A DNA stretch of 64,000 nucleotides from Hyaloraphidium curvatum SAG 235-1. Lineage: Eukaryota > Fungi > Monoblepharomycota. A program made the translations under genes and the position numbers. Below, one piece after another: positions 1 to 11,600 of this stretch. Position 1 is the stretch's first letter, and each line of letters starts with the position of its first letter. The notes below the pieces were generated by a model. That model ran no database searches, was not told where the DNA came from, and was given only the letters and a program-made list of their open reading frames with translations. The DNA is taken from the NCBI GenBank assembly GCA_025558095.1, contig JAIVFI010000038.1, forward strand, positions 186,001 through 250,000, in the 5' to 3' direction.

Positions 1-1356
1 GGTGTCAACGTTCATCTGCGCAGGGGGGGAAACAAGGGTTGATCCCAAGATGGGTGGGAGTGACAAACGCCTCACCTTCACAACGCCGTTCTTCAGCGCT
101 TCCTGGATCTCGGCGGGCAGCGAACCGGAACCTCCGTGGAAAACGAACTTGACGGGGTGCTTGTCCTTGAGGCCCTTCTTTTCCGCGACAAATGCCTGGT
201 GCTTGCCGAGCAGCTCGGGGTGCAGCTTGACGTTGCCGGCCTTGTAAACGCCGTGCACGTTGCCGAAAGCGGCAGCGATGGTGAAGAGGTCCGTAACCTG
301 AATTGCAAGCCGGTAAGCACGATGGAGCGTTCCTCCGGCACCTCGCCCACCGGAGTAAAGGCATCGTAAATGTCAAGGATGTCCTGCGGCTGCGTGTACA
401 GGGCAGCGTTGTCGACGTCCTCGTTGTTGACACCGTCCTCCTCGCCGCCAGTGATGCCGATCTCCATCTCCAGGAGGCAATCCATGGGCGCCATGCGCTT
501 CAGGTACTTGAGGCAGATCTCGATGTTCTCCGCCTTGGGCTCCTCGGACAAGTCGAGCATGTGCGAGCTGAACAGAGGCTCGCCGTGCGCCTTGAAGTAC
601 TCCTCGTCGGCGGCCAGCATGCCGTCGAACCACGGAAGGAGCTTCTTGGCGCAGTGGTCCGAGTGGACTGGGACGGATGTAAGGCCAACGCAAGGCCAAG
701 CAGCGAGCCGAACCAACCAAAGACCGGGATGCCGTAGGCCGGCGCGACCGCGCGCACCAAATGAGCACCAGCAACGGCGCCGAGAATGGAGGCCTGCTGC
801 TTGCTGTTGTCCAGACCCTTTCCGGCCATGAACTGCGCGCCACCGTTAGAGAACTGAATCATCACGGGGGAGTTGAGGTCCCGGGCGGCTTCCAACACGG
901 CGTTGATGGTCGAGCTCGAGGTGCAGTTGAACGCCGGGATGGCGTATCCGTTCTGCCGAAGGGCGGTCAGTTCGGCCACGTCCAATCAGCCATCCCGGCC
1001 GCTCGGTGTTCCTCACGTCCTGCGCATGCTTGAGAACCGTCCTGGATGGGGTCGCAGACGGGATGTGAGGCGCGGTCGACCCCGAGCCTCCGCGACCCTT
1101 ACCGGACGTTCTTGCCCGTGATGACGCCGGCGGGGACGCCGAGCTCGGCGAGCTTGGAAGCAGCTCCAGCAGACGACCTGTATGGAAAGGCGGGCGCGTC
1201 AGCGCCGAATACAGGTCGCGGTGTTGAGCTCCGAAGATGCGGCGCCACTGGAGAGGCATGTCCCCCAGGCCGCCAACGGCCGGCGAGACGCGCCGGACGA
1301 TGCGCCGGCCGTGGCGGCGCAGCTCAGAAGGCCACCTGAGTAGGATTCACGCACAT
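1..1356 (-). CDS. FBA1: Class II fructose-1,6-bisphosphate aldolase (3' end runs off the window)
   Basis: Spliced translation MSSAGAASKLAELGVPAGVITGKNVRTVLKHAQDNGYAIPAFNCTSSSTINAVLEAA...HSDHCAKKLLPWFDGM...FSSHMLDLSEE...EMEIGITGGEEDGV...FGNVHGVYK...VFHGGSG. Start codon appears split AT|G by intron 1354-1178. Confidence 0.95.
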
Positions 1357-1498
1357 TGTTTGGCCGCGCGGTCGGTTCGTGAGCGAAGATCGGGGTCCAC
1401 GCAGACGTGGCGTCCGTCACTCGTCAAGGGCCCCCGCACTCTTCAGGACCCAAGTCTGTACCTTCCCCAGGGGCCCGAAAAACAATCTAAGTTAAAGG
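1357..1498. promoter_or_regulatory. Putative bidirectional promoter FBA1/LDH
   Basis: Only 142 bp separate the two divergent start codons. Confidence 0.6.
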
Positions 1499-2902
1499 AT
1501 GCCGACCTCTGTTGCTGTCATCGGCGCCGGGAGCGTTGGAGCCACAGCAGCCTGGTGAGCAGCGCGACCTGCTTCCGTCGAGTCAGGGCCTCACCGAATC
1601 CCCGGCCGCAGTGCGTGTTACAGCTCGGGCGGCCATGTCTTGGCCGCCTCCGATTCATGCATGTACGATTGGCTGATTCCGTGCCCTCCGACGCGTCTGC
1701 AGATGCCTGCGTGCTCGGGGGAGTTGGTGCCGAGGTCATCATGGTCGATGTCATGCCCGAGGTCGCCAAGGGCCAAGTTCTGGATCTCTCCGACGCCTCG
1801 TTCGTGAAGGGGGTCGACGTCAAGTTCGGCACCCTGCAGGATGCCGGTCAGGCATCGATCATTGTGGTGCGTAGCTTGACCCCTCGATTCAACCCCTTGA
1901 CCCCTGGTTACTGCTCCGCAGGTCACCGCAGGGGCTCGGCAAAAGGAAGGCGAAACTCGCATCGACGTAAAGTGGCCCGTAGCCCGTGCCATCCGTGGTG
2001 CTCACCCCCTGTCGTGGCAGCTGATCGGCCGCAACAAGGCCATCCTCAAGAGCGTCTTCGAGGGAATGCAGCCCATCAATCCGAACGCAATCGTTATCCT
2101 TGTGGCCAACCCCGTCGACATCTTGACCTCGATCGCCCAGAACCTGTCCGGCCTGCCCCGGAACCAGGTCTTCGGATCGGGCACCTTCCTCGACACGGAA
2201 CGCCTCCGCGTGGCGCTCTCGGACGCCCTCGATGTAAGGCAAGCACTTCCGCGTCGATTCCTTCACTAATTGGCCGTGGCTTTGCCAAGGTTTCGGAATC
2301 GTCGGTTCACGCCTTTGTTCTCGGGGAGCACGGTGACTCCCAGATCGTCGCCTGGAGCTCGGGCACGATCGGCGGCACGCCGCTCCTTGAAATCCCCGAG
2401 GTTCAGAAGATGGACAGGGATGCGGTGGCCAAGGCCGTGGCGAACAAGGCGTACGACATCATCAAGGCCAAGGGGGTGAGTCACGGCGGCGGAAGTCTCT
2501 GGACGAGTGCTGAGCCGTTCTTGCTGCGTATCGACCACAGGCTACCTACTTTGGCATCGCAAGTTCCTCTGCTCCGCCGGTGGTCGGCGCGATCTGACCC
2601 GACAGCTCACATGCAGGGCGCTTGTGTTGCGCAACTGTGCCAAGCAATCATCCAGAACCACAAGAGCGTGAAGCCTCTCAGCGTCTACGTCGAGAAGTAC
2701 GGCACTTGTATCTCGGTTCCCTGCGGTGCGTTGCTGGTGCCCCGATCTGTCGCGGCTCTTTGTTGATCTAACACGCTCGACTACAGTGTTGGGCGCCAAG
2801 GGCATCGAGCGCATTCTCGAAGTGCCTCTGAGCAAGGAGGAAGAGGCTGGCCTCCTCAAGTCTGTCGCCACGCTCAAGGAAGTCCTGAGCAAGTTCTCGT
2901 AG
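1499..2902 (+). CDS. LDH: L-lactate dehydrogenase
   Basis: [15 protein letters not shown] Rossmann motif; [13 protein letters not shown] (Gln in the substrate loop, i.e. LDH rather than MDH); [34 protein letters not shown]. Multiple short introns including a stwintron and a GC-AG intron; stop TAG at 2900-2902. Confidence 0.93.
1554..1702 (+). other. Putative [D1,2] stwintron: internal intron 1555-1611 nested between G and T of the external 5' donor
   Basis: G1554 + [GTGAGC...CTCAC...CCGCAG 1555-1611] + TGCGT reconstitutes donor GTGCGT. External branch GCTGAT (~1672), acceptor CTGCAG at 1702. Two-step removal gives T+AT = Tyr and restores the LDH frame. Confidence 0.75.
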
Positions 2903-3093
2903 GCGGCAGACGGAGGGAAAAGACATGATCGGCCTCGGGCCGCCTCGCGGCACGGCAGGAATAGAGGTCCGCCTGTCTTTACTGTCAAAGGGAAGCCGCC
3001 GGAGCAAGCTTTCGTGGCGCGTTTCCCTCCTGCCCAGCGTCCAGGATCGCGTGAGTATCCAGCCAGATTCGTTCCACAAAACTGTTCCCAAAA

Positions 3094-3495
3094 ATGTCCA
3101 AGGGGACGCGCTTCCTGTCCCGGGCTGCCTTTGCCCTGCTCCTGTGGCTCTTGGCTCTGTTCCATCCCGGCTTCGACGTGCCGAAGGAGTGGGACCTCGT
3201 CGTTGCAGTCGTCAGTGCAGACACGTCGGGGCCAGCACCGCGGCGCTCAGGCCTTACGCCGCGCTCCCCCAGCTGCCCCTGTACGCGATTGTCACATTCG
3301 GCGCGTACTCTCTTGCATCAATCGGATACAGCCTCTACACGTTCCGCGATTGCCCGGAAGCTTACGACAGCCTCATGAAGGTGGGTTGTCGCTGACCGTC
3401 CACCATTGGTCTCTATGCTTACATCATGGCTGCCTCAGGAAGTCACGCAGGCGAAAGCTGCGTTACGAGAGAAGGGGCTGGTGGTCGCGGGATGA
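3094..3495 (+). CDS. DPM3: Dolichol-phosphate mannosyltransferase subunit 3
   Basis: MSKGTRFL...2 TM segments...LPLYAIVTFGAYSLASIGYSLYTFRDCPEAYDSLMKEVTQAKAALREKG; two GT-AG introns. Confidence 0.9.
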
Positions 3496-3912
3496 CTTTT
3501 TGACCTCGTTGTCGTCGACATACCCCGCGGACTCGCCACCCTGCCCCAGCAGGATGCTGATAGTTTCCATGAGCTTGTGCATGGTCCGATCCCTATACCT
3601 TTGTCTCTTTCGAGCGGCTTGCCCGATTCATAGATGCTCTTGATCCACCCCCCCACCCAATCCCGACAGTAGCGATGTTTCCAAGGAGCTCTTCAATCGA
3701 TTTTAGCCAATACCACTGTCGTAGTGCAGTTTCACACCAAGGCATTCTGGAGCAGTCCAGGGGATCGTGGTTTGCTAATGACGCGAGTTGGGTGGCGAGC
3801 GGCCCGCGGCCGCCCGCCGGAGCGGGTGCAAGAAAACTAGCGCTTCGCCGGTGCCCTAGGACGCGGGAAATCGGCAGCTCGCGGCCGGCCGGCGCCGCCT
3901 CGGCGCGGCAAG

Positions 3913-6590
3913 ATGGGCCTTTTGTCTCTCGGGACCCCCCTGTCCTGGGACGAGGCCAAGAAGTACGCGGACTATGTCCGGTACCACGGCATCTCGCAGT
4001 TCATTGCCATCTGGAACCGGGTCAAGGCCCGGAAGAACGACCGGCTACTTTGGGGCGACGAGGTGGATCCGTGCGTGTCGGATTTCGCGGCTCGTGCTGA
4101 CCGTGGCCGCGATGCGTGCCGGACAGATTGAAGGATCGGTGGTTCACCTGGACCACGATGCCCAAGTTGCTCGTGTCACCCTTCGGGCGAACGAGGTCCT
4201 AGCCATGTTTGAGCATGACACGGAGAAGGATCCCGACATGACGTGGGATGGCTGCTGAGGTTCTCGACGCTGTGGCCAACCTTCCCATCTACAGCAACTC
4301 GACCTGGCACCCCGAGTACGGGCGGTATATGGTTGAAGGGACACCGGGACGTCCATACGGCTCCACGGTACTGGATCTTCTGACCGTTGAGGAGAACATG
4401 AGGCGGAGGTTGGCACACCGCGATTCGCCTCGTTGGGCGACATCTGACTCTGGCGGCAGACGCCTGCGGGTTTCCAAGTTCCTGAAGCCGGACGAGGCGA
4501 TGGCGCTCGTCACCGCTTTTCCTCGTCTTGGTTGCCCGGACTTTTTGTTTCCCCCGCATCTGCTTCCCAACCCGCGTCACGGGGCAACGAGGAGCATTTT
4601 TGTTCCGGATCAAATCATAAACCCGCACGCCAGATTTCCGTGAGTCTTCTTGCAGACACATGGCGAAGCAGCTGCCTCACTCACAAGCCGATCTGCAGAA
4701 CGCTCACGGCGAACATTCGCCGCCGTCGCGGGGCAAAGGTACAGATCAACGTGCCCGTGTTCCACGACGTCAACACTCCCGTGCCCTACCGCGAACCGGC
4801 ACCGGAGAGCCTTCTATCTTTCCTTGGCGTGGCTGGCGGGACTCTGCCCGAGCTGCTTCCTGACATCGCCCTTGAAGACCACGTCTACATGGACGCCATG
4901 GCTTTCGGGATGGGCAACTCGTGCCTTCAGGTCACGTTTCAGGCGTGCACCGTTCAGGAAGCAAGGCGCCTTTATGATCAGCTGACGCCCGTCACGCCCA
5001 TCATGGTATGTTCGTCGCGGTGCCGTGCCTCACCTCCCCATTTTACGCAACCGACACCTCTCCAGCTGGCGCTCAGCGCTGCTACCCCTATCCTCCGCGG
5101 TCATCTCGTCGACACTGATGTTAGATGGAACGTGATATCAGCATCGGTCGACGATCGTACGGACGAGGAACGTGGCCTGAAGGTAGGCACCAGAAGAAGT
5201 GGCTCCATTCTGGAACTGAACCTCGCTGGTCAGCCTCTCGAGCACAATCGCTTCCGGATACCGAAGTCACGCTATTCGTCGACGAATATGTACCTTTCGA
5301 CTGGGCCCGGCTATGCCGAAGCCGGCGAACTCGCCGTCCCCGGGACCCAGACTCTGGCGGCCAAGAACGTTGACTCCAATGGAGACGTGGAAGGCACGGA
5401 CTCGTTCAAGCCTAAGTACAACGATCTGGATTTCCCGTACGACAAGGAGATCTATCGGCGGCTGCTGGACAATGGTTTGGCTCTCGTTGCCCAGGTCTTG
5501 TCCGCTGCTTACTCCCGGCAAACCCCAGGCGTTGACGACCTGATGGCGCGCCACATCGCAACCATATTCATCCGGGATCCGCTCGTTGTGTACGAGGAGA
5601 AGCTGGAGCAGGACGATTCCCGGGATTCCGACCATTTCGAGGTCGGTGTCTTGGGAGATTTCATCTGGCCCGTCTGACTCTCTTCCGACAGAATCTGCAG
5701 TCAACCAATTGGCAGACCATGCGCTTCAAACCCCCGCCTCCCAGCAATCCGAGCATCGGCTGGCGGGTGGAGTTCCGGCCCATGGAAATCCAGCTGACGG
5801 ATTTCGAGAATGCCGCGTACTCAATCTTTATCGTCCTCCTCACCCGTGCGATTCTCAGCTACAACCTCAACCTATACATTCCAATCTCCAAGGTCCGCTT
5901 TGGTTGCCCGCGCCCCGTTCGCTTCGATCTCACACCCCGTCGCAGGTTGACGCAAACATGGAAGCCGCCCACGCCCGTAGCGCCGCATCCGAGGGCCGTT
6001 TCTGGTTCCGCCGCAACATCTTTGGGCAGCCGCCCCAGCGGAAAGAGTCGGCGACGCCTTACGTGTCTCCTTCCCTGCTTCCTTCGATCGCGCCGGGGAT
6101 TCCCGATCCGGAGGGCTACACGACGCTCCCTGCGCCGGACGACGAAGACAGGTACACGTCCATGACCATCGACGACATTCTCAACGGGAATGCGGAGCTC
6201 GGCTTCCCGGGCCTCGTGCCCTTGGTTCGGGGCTACGTGAATGGCAGGGCGGACATTGATGCCGACACGCGGAAAGCCTTGTTCCGCTACGTGGACTACA
6301 TTTCCGCCAAGGCATCCGGGAAGCTCGTGACTACCGCGACGTGGATACGGCAGTTCGTGGCCGCGCATCCGGACTACAAGCGGGACTCGCTCGTTTCGCA
6401 GAAAGTCAATTATGACCTGATGTGCTTTGTGAAGAGGGTAGGCGAGGAGGACGAGGATGCGCTTCGGGATTTGGCCGGTTGCGTCGGCCATTTCTGGAAG
6501 GACAGCCCGTGGAGAGGCCGTCCGAGTCCTTGGGCCAACGGCCACGTGCGGCCAAACGGGGATCTCTCGAACTGTGCGGATGGGTGCTGA
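3913..6590 (+). CDS. GSH1: Glutamate-cysteine ligase catalytic subunit
   Basis: [76 protein letters not shown]; canonical introns restore the frame throughout. Confidence 0.96.
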
Positions 6591-6718
6591 AAGTGGCAGA
6601 GAGAGAGAGCTAGGTAAGGGCCGGTGGAAGGGTATCTTGCTCTCTTGTTCGAGAATTGCCCGGCATCGGCGCGACAAAGGTGGAATCTGATATTCGACGG
6701 AACCTCCCTTTCAACTTC

Positions 6719-8493
6719 TCAATCCTTGAAGCTGACCAGCAGGCGCAAGCTTGTTGCTGGCAGCGATTCGTCCGTCACCGTCACTTCCGTCCCGTCCGAA
6801 ATCAAGTCTCCGAGGGTCTGGTGAAGGTTTTCCCGGGTTTGCTCCTCGAGGCTTGGCGGGGCTCTCATGTAGAGTGCCTTGCCTGGCGCCATCAAGCTCG
6901 GCTTCTTCAGTTGGCTGCAGCGGGTGACCATGAGCCACGCCTGATGTCTCGACCTCCAGAGGACCCACATTTCCTTGTACTCCAGAAGAAGATCCGTAAA
7001 GTCCTGCAGCGTGATGTTCCTGCTCACGGCCATCTTCTGCGGCTCGGATCCGCATACGGGACACTCGGGTTTCCTCTGGTGCTGGAACGTGTACGTGTAC
7101 ACCCCATCGTCTCCGACGTACATCCTGCACACGGCGTCAGCCGCTGCCGTTCGGTGTCAGCAAAACTCACATGTAGTTGTCGAGGTATCCGACGCACGAG
7201 GTGGCCAGCTTGAACGCCTCGTTGGCGCATGACGCTTCCAAGCAATATGTTTCAGTTTCCAAGCACCGGAATGCTGCCTGTCCACCCCACCGGCAACGAT
7301 CGCGTTGGTCGACGCGATGGCGGGGATGATGTTCTTGACGACGCCCTGGGTCAGAGAGTACGTGACGCCCTGGATGTTGAACTCGCGGGCCCTCGCGGTC
7401 GCCGCGTTCAAGAGCCAGGTGATGTGCTCCGGATCGTCGCCGTCGAGCTTGGTATCTGCGGCCGCGACAAACACGTCATGGGCCGCGCCGCCACGACGTC
7501 GCGCTGCAAGTACCGGGGAACTCCTTCGGCCACTGAATCACAGAAGCCCACTCGATGCAGTGTTCCGGCAGCCGAGGCGTGTTCGCAATGGTGCAAATTG
7601 GAAAGGCGTTCCGTTGAGCGTGCATGTCAAGGGAACACTCGTAGCAGGACGTGATTCGGGGGAAGATGATGCGCGACTGGCCCTTGAATCCTTGAATGAC
7701 AGTTACTCACGGCGACAGACAGCCAAGATCGGCGAATCCAACCTTCCGTTCCGCCGTCGATCATGGGCTTCAAGGTCTCCGGCTGCTCCGGGTCGTACAT
7801 GTTGACGATCGTCGCATTCATCCACCTCCTGGCCTCCACCGAATCCAATCCGCATATGATTATTTGGAACTGGGAGTAGAAATCGTCGTCCTTGTCTTGA
7901 ATGCGTCCGAAAAAGCTGGAACAGAGTCAGCCGCCTGGCGATGCGGAATCGTCGCGCCAAAACAGACGGTGTGACCACGACGCCCGGTATCCTCTTCATG
8001 ATAAAGTCCGCTGCAACCTCTGCTTTTGGTCTGCCGACGTCCGCCGGACTGAAAAGCCGCAGGCGATCAGCGGAACGGGCATGGCAGTTTGCAAGGCCGC
8101 GCCGAACCGGAACAGGAACTGGCGGTTGAGGTTGGAGATATCAATGGTGTCCATGTCGATGACATGGATGTCACGGAAGCCGGACAGGGCAAGATCCTTG
8201 AGCAGTTCGCAACCCAGACCCCCCGCGCCGATGACCAGGATCTTGCTCTCGTGGAGGTACTCCTTCCGCTGCGTTTGCCGGGCGTAAGAAGACACGTATG
8301 CGCGCCAAAATCGCAGACGTAGCACCTCGTCACCAGGCTCAAAGTCGGGGTGTGCAAGCGGTCCGGCGCGTTCGAGGTACTTGTAGATGTGCTGGTACCG
8401 CGCTCCGGGATCCTGGGAGGATTGGAATGGCTTCGGTCATGTCCAGTTCGTCACGATGGCCGACAAGGATCGTACATCGCCGTTCGAGTCCAT
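6719..8493 (-). CDS. UBA3: NEDD8-activating enzyme E1 catalytic subunit
   Basis: [77 protein letters not shown]-terminal E2-binding domain. Confidence 0.93.
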
Positions 8494-8618
8494 CGTGACG
8501 GCCGGAGGAAGTTGGCGGGACGTGCGCCCCGCAACGGAGGCCAGGCGCGCGCCCAAACCCCGGTCGGTAAACAACACCTCGAATCTCCACGGAGCCCGCA
8601 TCCGTCGCGTGCGACGCG

Positions 8619-11600
8619 ATGGATCCCGCCGCTCAATCCCCAGAAAATGCAGCGGTCGCTGCAGATCCCCGCACGGAGGCCTTGCGAGAGCGGGTCTTTG
8701 CCCTACTCGGGCTCGGCCCGTCCGACAAGGACAAGTGGGAACGCATGCTTGCCAACCCTACAATCAGGTTTGCACGCTGCACACACTTGTTTTCGTCGCC
8801 TTACGCGCTGCGGCTTCCAGATCCGACTTGGCGTCGTTCCTGGACAGTCCCGACGAGCGCGCCGTGCTGTTTTGGGAAGCCAACGGGGCAGACATCGCCA
8901 GCGGCTTGCTCCGCAACATGCCGAAGCAGACGAAACAGCCCGTCCTCTACTTCTTCAAGCCAGGCAGGGGGGTCGTTGATGGCCCGGCTGACGTTCTTGC
9001 CCTCTCTTTCGGCCGTTTGAACCTACACTCCGTGGACGCCTTCTACCAGTTGCTGCAGGAGATCTGCCAGCCCGTGTTCTTCGACGCCGGCAAGGCTAGC
9101 AATCTTCCTATGAATGTCGCCCATGATTTGCGCCGGAACATGCACTCGACGATGATTGCATCGCAGTACTTGCTGGCCGAGAGCAAGGTGAGCATGTCTG
9201 ATTGAGCCTCCTGCCGCAGAAAGCGACTCAAACGTGCCTGCCGTTGCCAGGGCAGAACGCAATTGCACCTGCCTTCACGGGTAGAAGACCTTGCGGCGGC
9301 AGCATCTTCGGGCTCCGATCCCGGGGAAGTGCTCGTGCTGGAGAGCACTGTGGCACAGTGGATCAAGGAAATCAAGGCCGTTTTTGCCCGCACCCCGGAA
9401 GACATCCAGACCGAATGGACTGCCATTGTGATGGACGATGCATCACCCAAATGGGAACTGCACTTTTGGGAGCCGTTCATGCAAAATCTCATGGCATTGA
9501 AATCGCAACTACAACAGCCACAGGTTATGACTTGCATCAGAGCCCTGGATCAAATTCAGCATCCAACAGCAAAGCATATCCTTGCCCTGGCCGCGGAAGT
9601 GGACTCGAGTGCGTGGAGCCTGCCTGTGTCCACAACATTGAAAACTCTGACTCCCATACGCAGTGGCTGAGGGATCCATGGACGTTTATCTCCACCTCAA
9701 GCCACTTGAAGACCTAATGAGCCAGCTCATGAGCCCGTTGGAGTTCGAATCCTTGGCGTCTTTGTGGCAACGTCTGCTGCCAATGGCTATGGTGGCACTA
9801 GGCGGCTGCGGGTACTATGCATCTTTCTCGCACGTTCTGCGCTTTTTGCGGCAGATTGTGGGGCTCTATCTCGTTCAGGCACATAGCTTCATTCAGGCCG
9901 ATGGCATTGTTGCTGAAGAGCCGTCTGAAGCCACCAAGCGGTTGTCGATTGCGGCGCATGTTACAGAGACTCTGCAAAGCGCGCTCCTTGCGGCAACATC
10001 AGCATCTTCGCCTTCATGGGGTCTGGATGCATCTACGCTTTTGGCACCACTTGCGCATTTTGGCGCTCAACTGCATGACTTGGAGATTCTCCTTCACTCT
10101 GCAGTTGATTACCTCAAGCTGGACAAGCTGGATCTCGGCGGAGTCTGGGTGAGTTTATGTTAGTGGAGTGTTTTGTCATTGCAAGCTGATTTCTGGCTCC
10201 AGGGGCATGCAATCCAGGCCGAGCTTCAAGAGATTGGTCAAGAATTCGAGGCAGCCCTGGGTGCCCTGTCTCAAGAGCCCAAAGACGTCATCAAGGACTC
10301 ATCCTTCATTCTGGAGATGTCAATGTTCAAGCACGTCATTGGCGGGTTGGATCACAGGCTGGGGTGAGTTCACAGGGGTGCTCCGTCACAGCATGCTAAT
10401 GTACTGACCCTGGAATGCAAACCAGCGTTCTTGCTTCGCATGCTCTGGCTCAAGCCCCAGATGTGCTCACCAAGGCCCGCATCCTCCATGTGCTGGGAAC
10501 TTTTGCAAGCCGCACCAGTGTCTACAAGGAACTGGAACCGGAAGTGGACTTGATGATGCAGCAGTGGATCCTGGAATGGAAACAGGCCCTTTCTGTCGTG
10601 CAGAATGCTGCCGCTTGCTCGTCAATGGGATCACATTGGAACGTTCCAGCCATCTCTGGCCAGTTCCAGCTAATGGTCTCACTCCAACAGTGTTTGGAGG
10701 CATCATGGGATCAAATTCATGCGGTTGGTGGCCCAACGGCTCGGCACTTCCTTGTCTTACGCACAAGCAGCTATCCACCTCATCCTTCACCGGTGGCCGC
10801 TTCTCCCAGCTGGTGAAGGATGCATCACAGCTCAGGGCCTCCTTTGCTCAGCATCTCCAGCAACAGCTTGATGCATTGGAAAACCATTGGAGTCGAACCT
10901 CGGTGGAGAAGGCAACCCAGAACTTGAAGATTCCCTACCTCATCCGTCTGGGGGAGCAGGAATTGGCTGTCAACTTTGATAGCAATGTCCAAGAATTGCT
11001 CCAGGATGTCAAGCACCTGGAGATGTGGGGATTGCCCATTCCACCGAAGGCCCAAGCAATATATTCCAAGATGGGCATGCTTCTCAATCGTGTGCACTCA
11101 CTCCAGGAGACTGTCCTTCTCTACAACACAACTCTGCAGAGCTTGAAGGCAATTGAGCAAGCTCTATTGGGGCCTTGGATCAGGGCAGTCGACAGCTTGG
11201 TCAATACCAGCATCAGGGCCCAGACATGGGAGTCACAAGATGCTGATGACAAAATACAGAACATTGCAAAGGCTCTTGAGGCACTTGACACACATGCTTC
11301 AACTACCAAGTCGAAGTGGGCGGAGCTGGAGCGCATAACATCCTCTTGGAATGCGCAACCATGGGTCAACAGGCCTTCTAAGGGGCAAGCCCTAGACTGG
11401 GTTCAGTCCGCAGATGGCTTGACACGCCTTGCAAGTCAGATACGTGCCGATGGGAAGTCAACTCATAGACTCCTTGAGAGCATCCGGACCCTCCTAGCTG
11501 TGGATTCACTCACAGAGAAATGGCACAACTACCGGAAGGCAGTTGATGCATTGGTCTCCAAATCTCTTCAATTGGGTATCAAGCAGACCCTGCATATCTT

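Noticed and set aside
1237-2766. 509-aa ORF as a single LDH fusion protein
   Set aside because: Read-through of introns and off-frame exons; the spliced model from ATG 1499 fits LDH.
2900-3000. Stop read-through giving LDH a peroxisomal PTS1
   Set aside because: Stop context is TAG-G rather than TGA-CTA and no SKL-like terminus follows.
3861-3870. E2F-like CGCGGGAAA upstream of GSH1 and similar motifs near NDC80
   Set aside because: Short GC-rich motifs are expected by chance in this composition.
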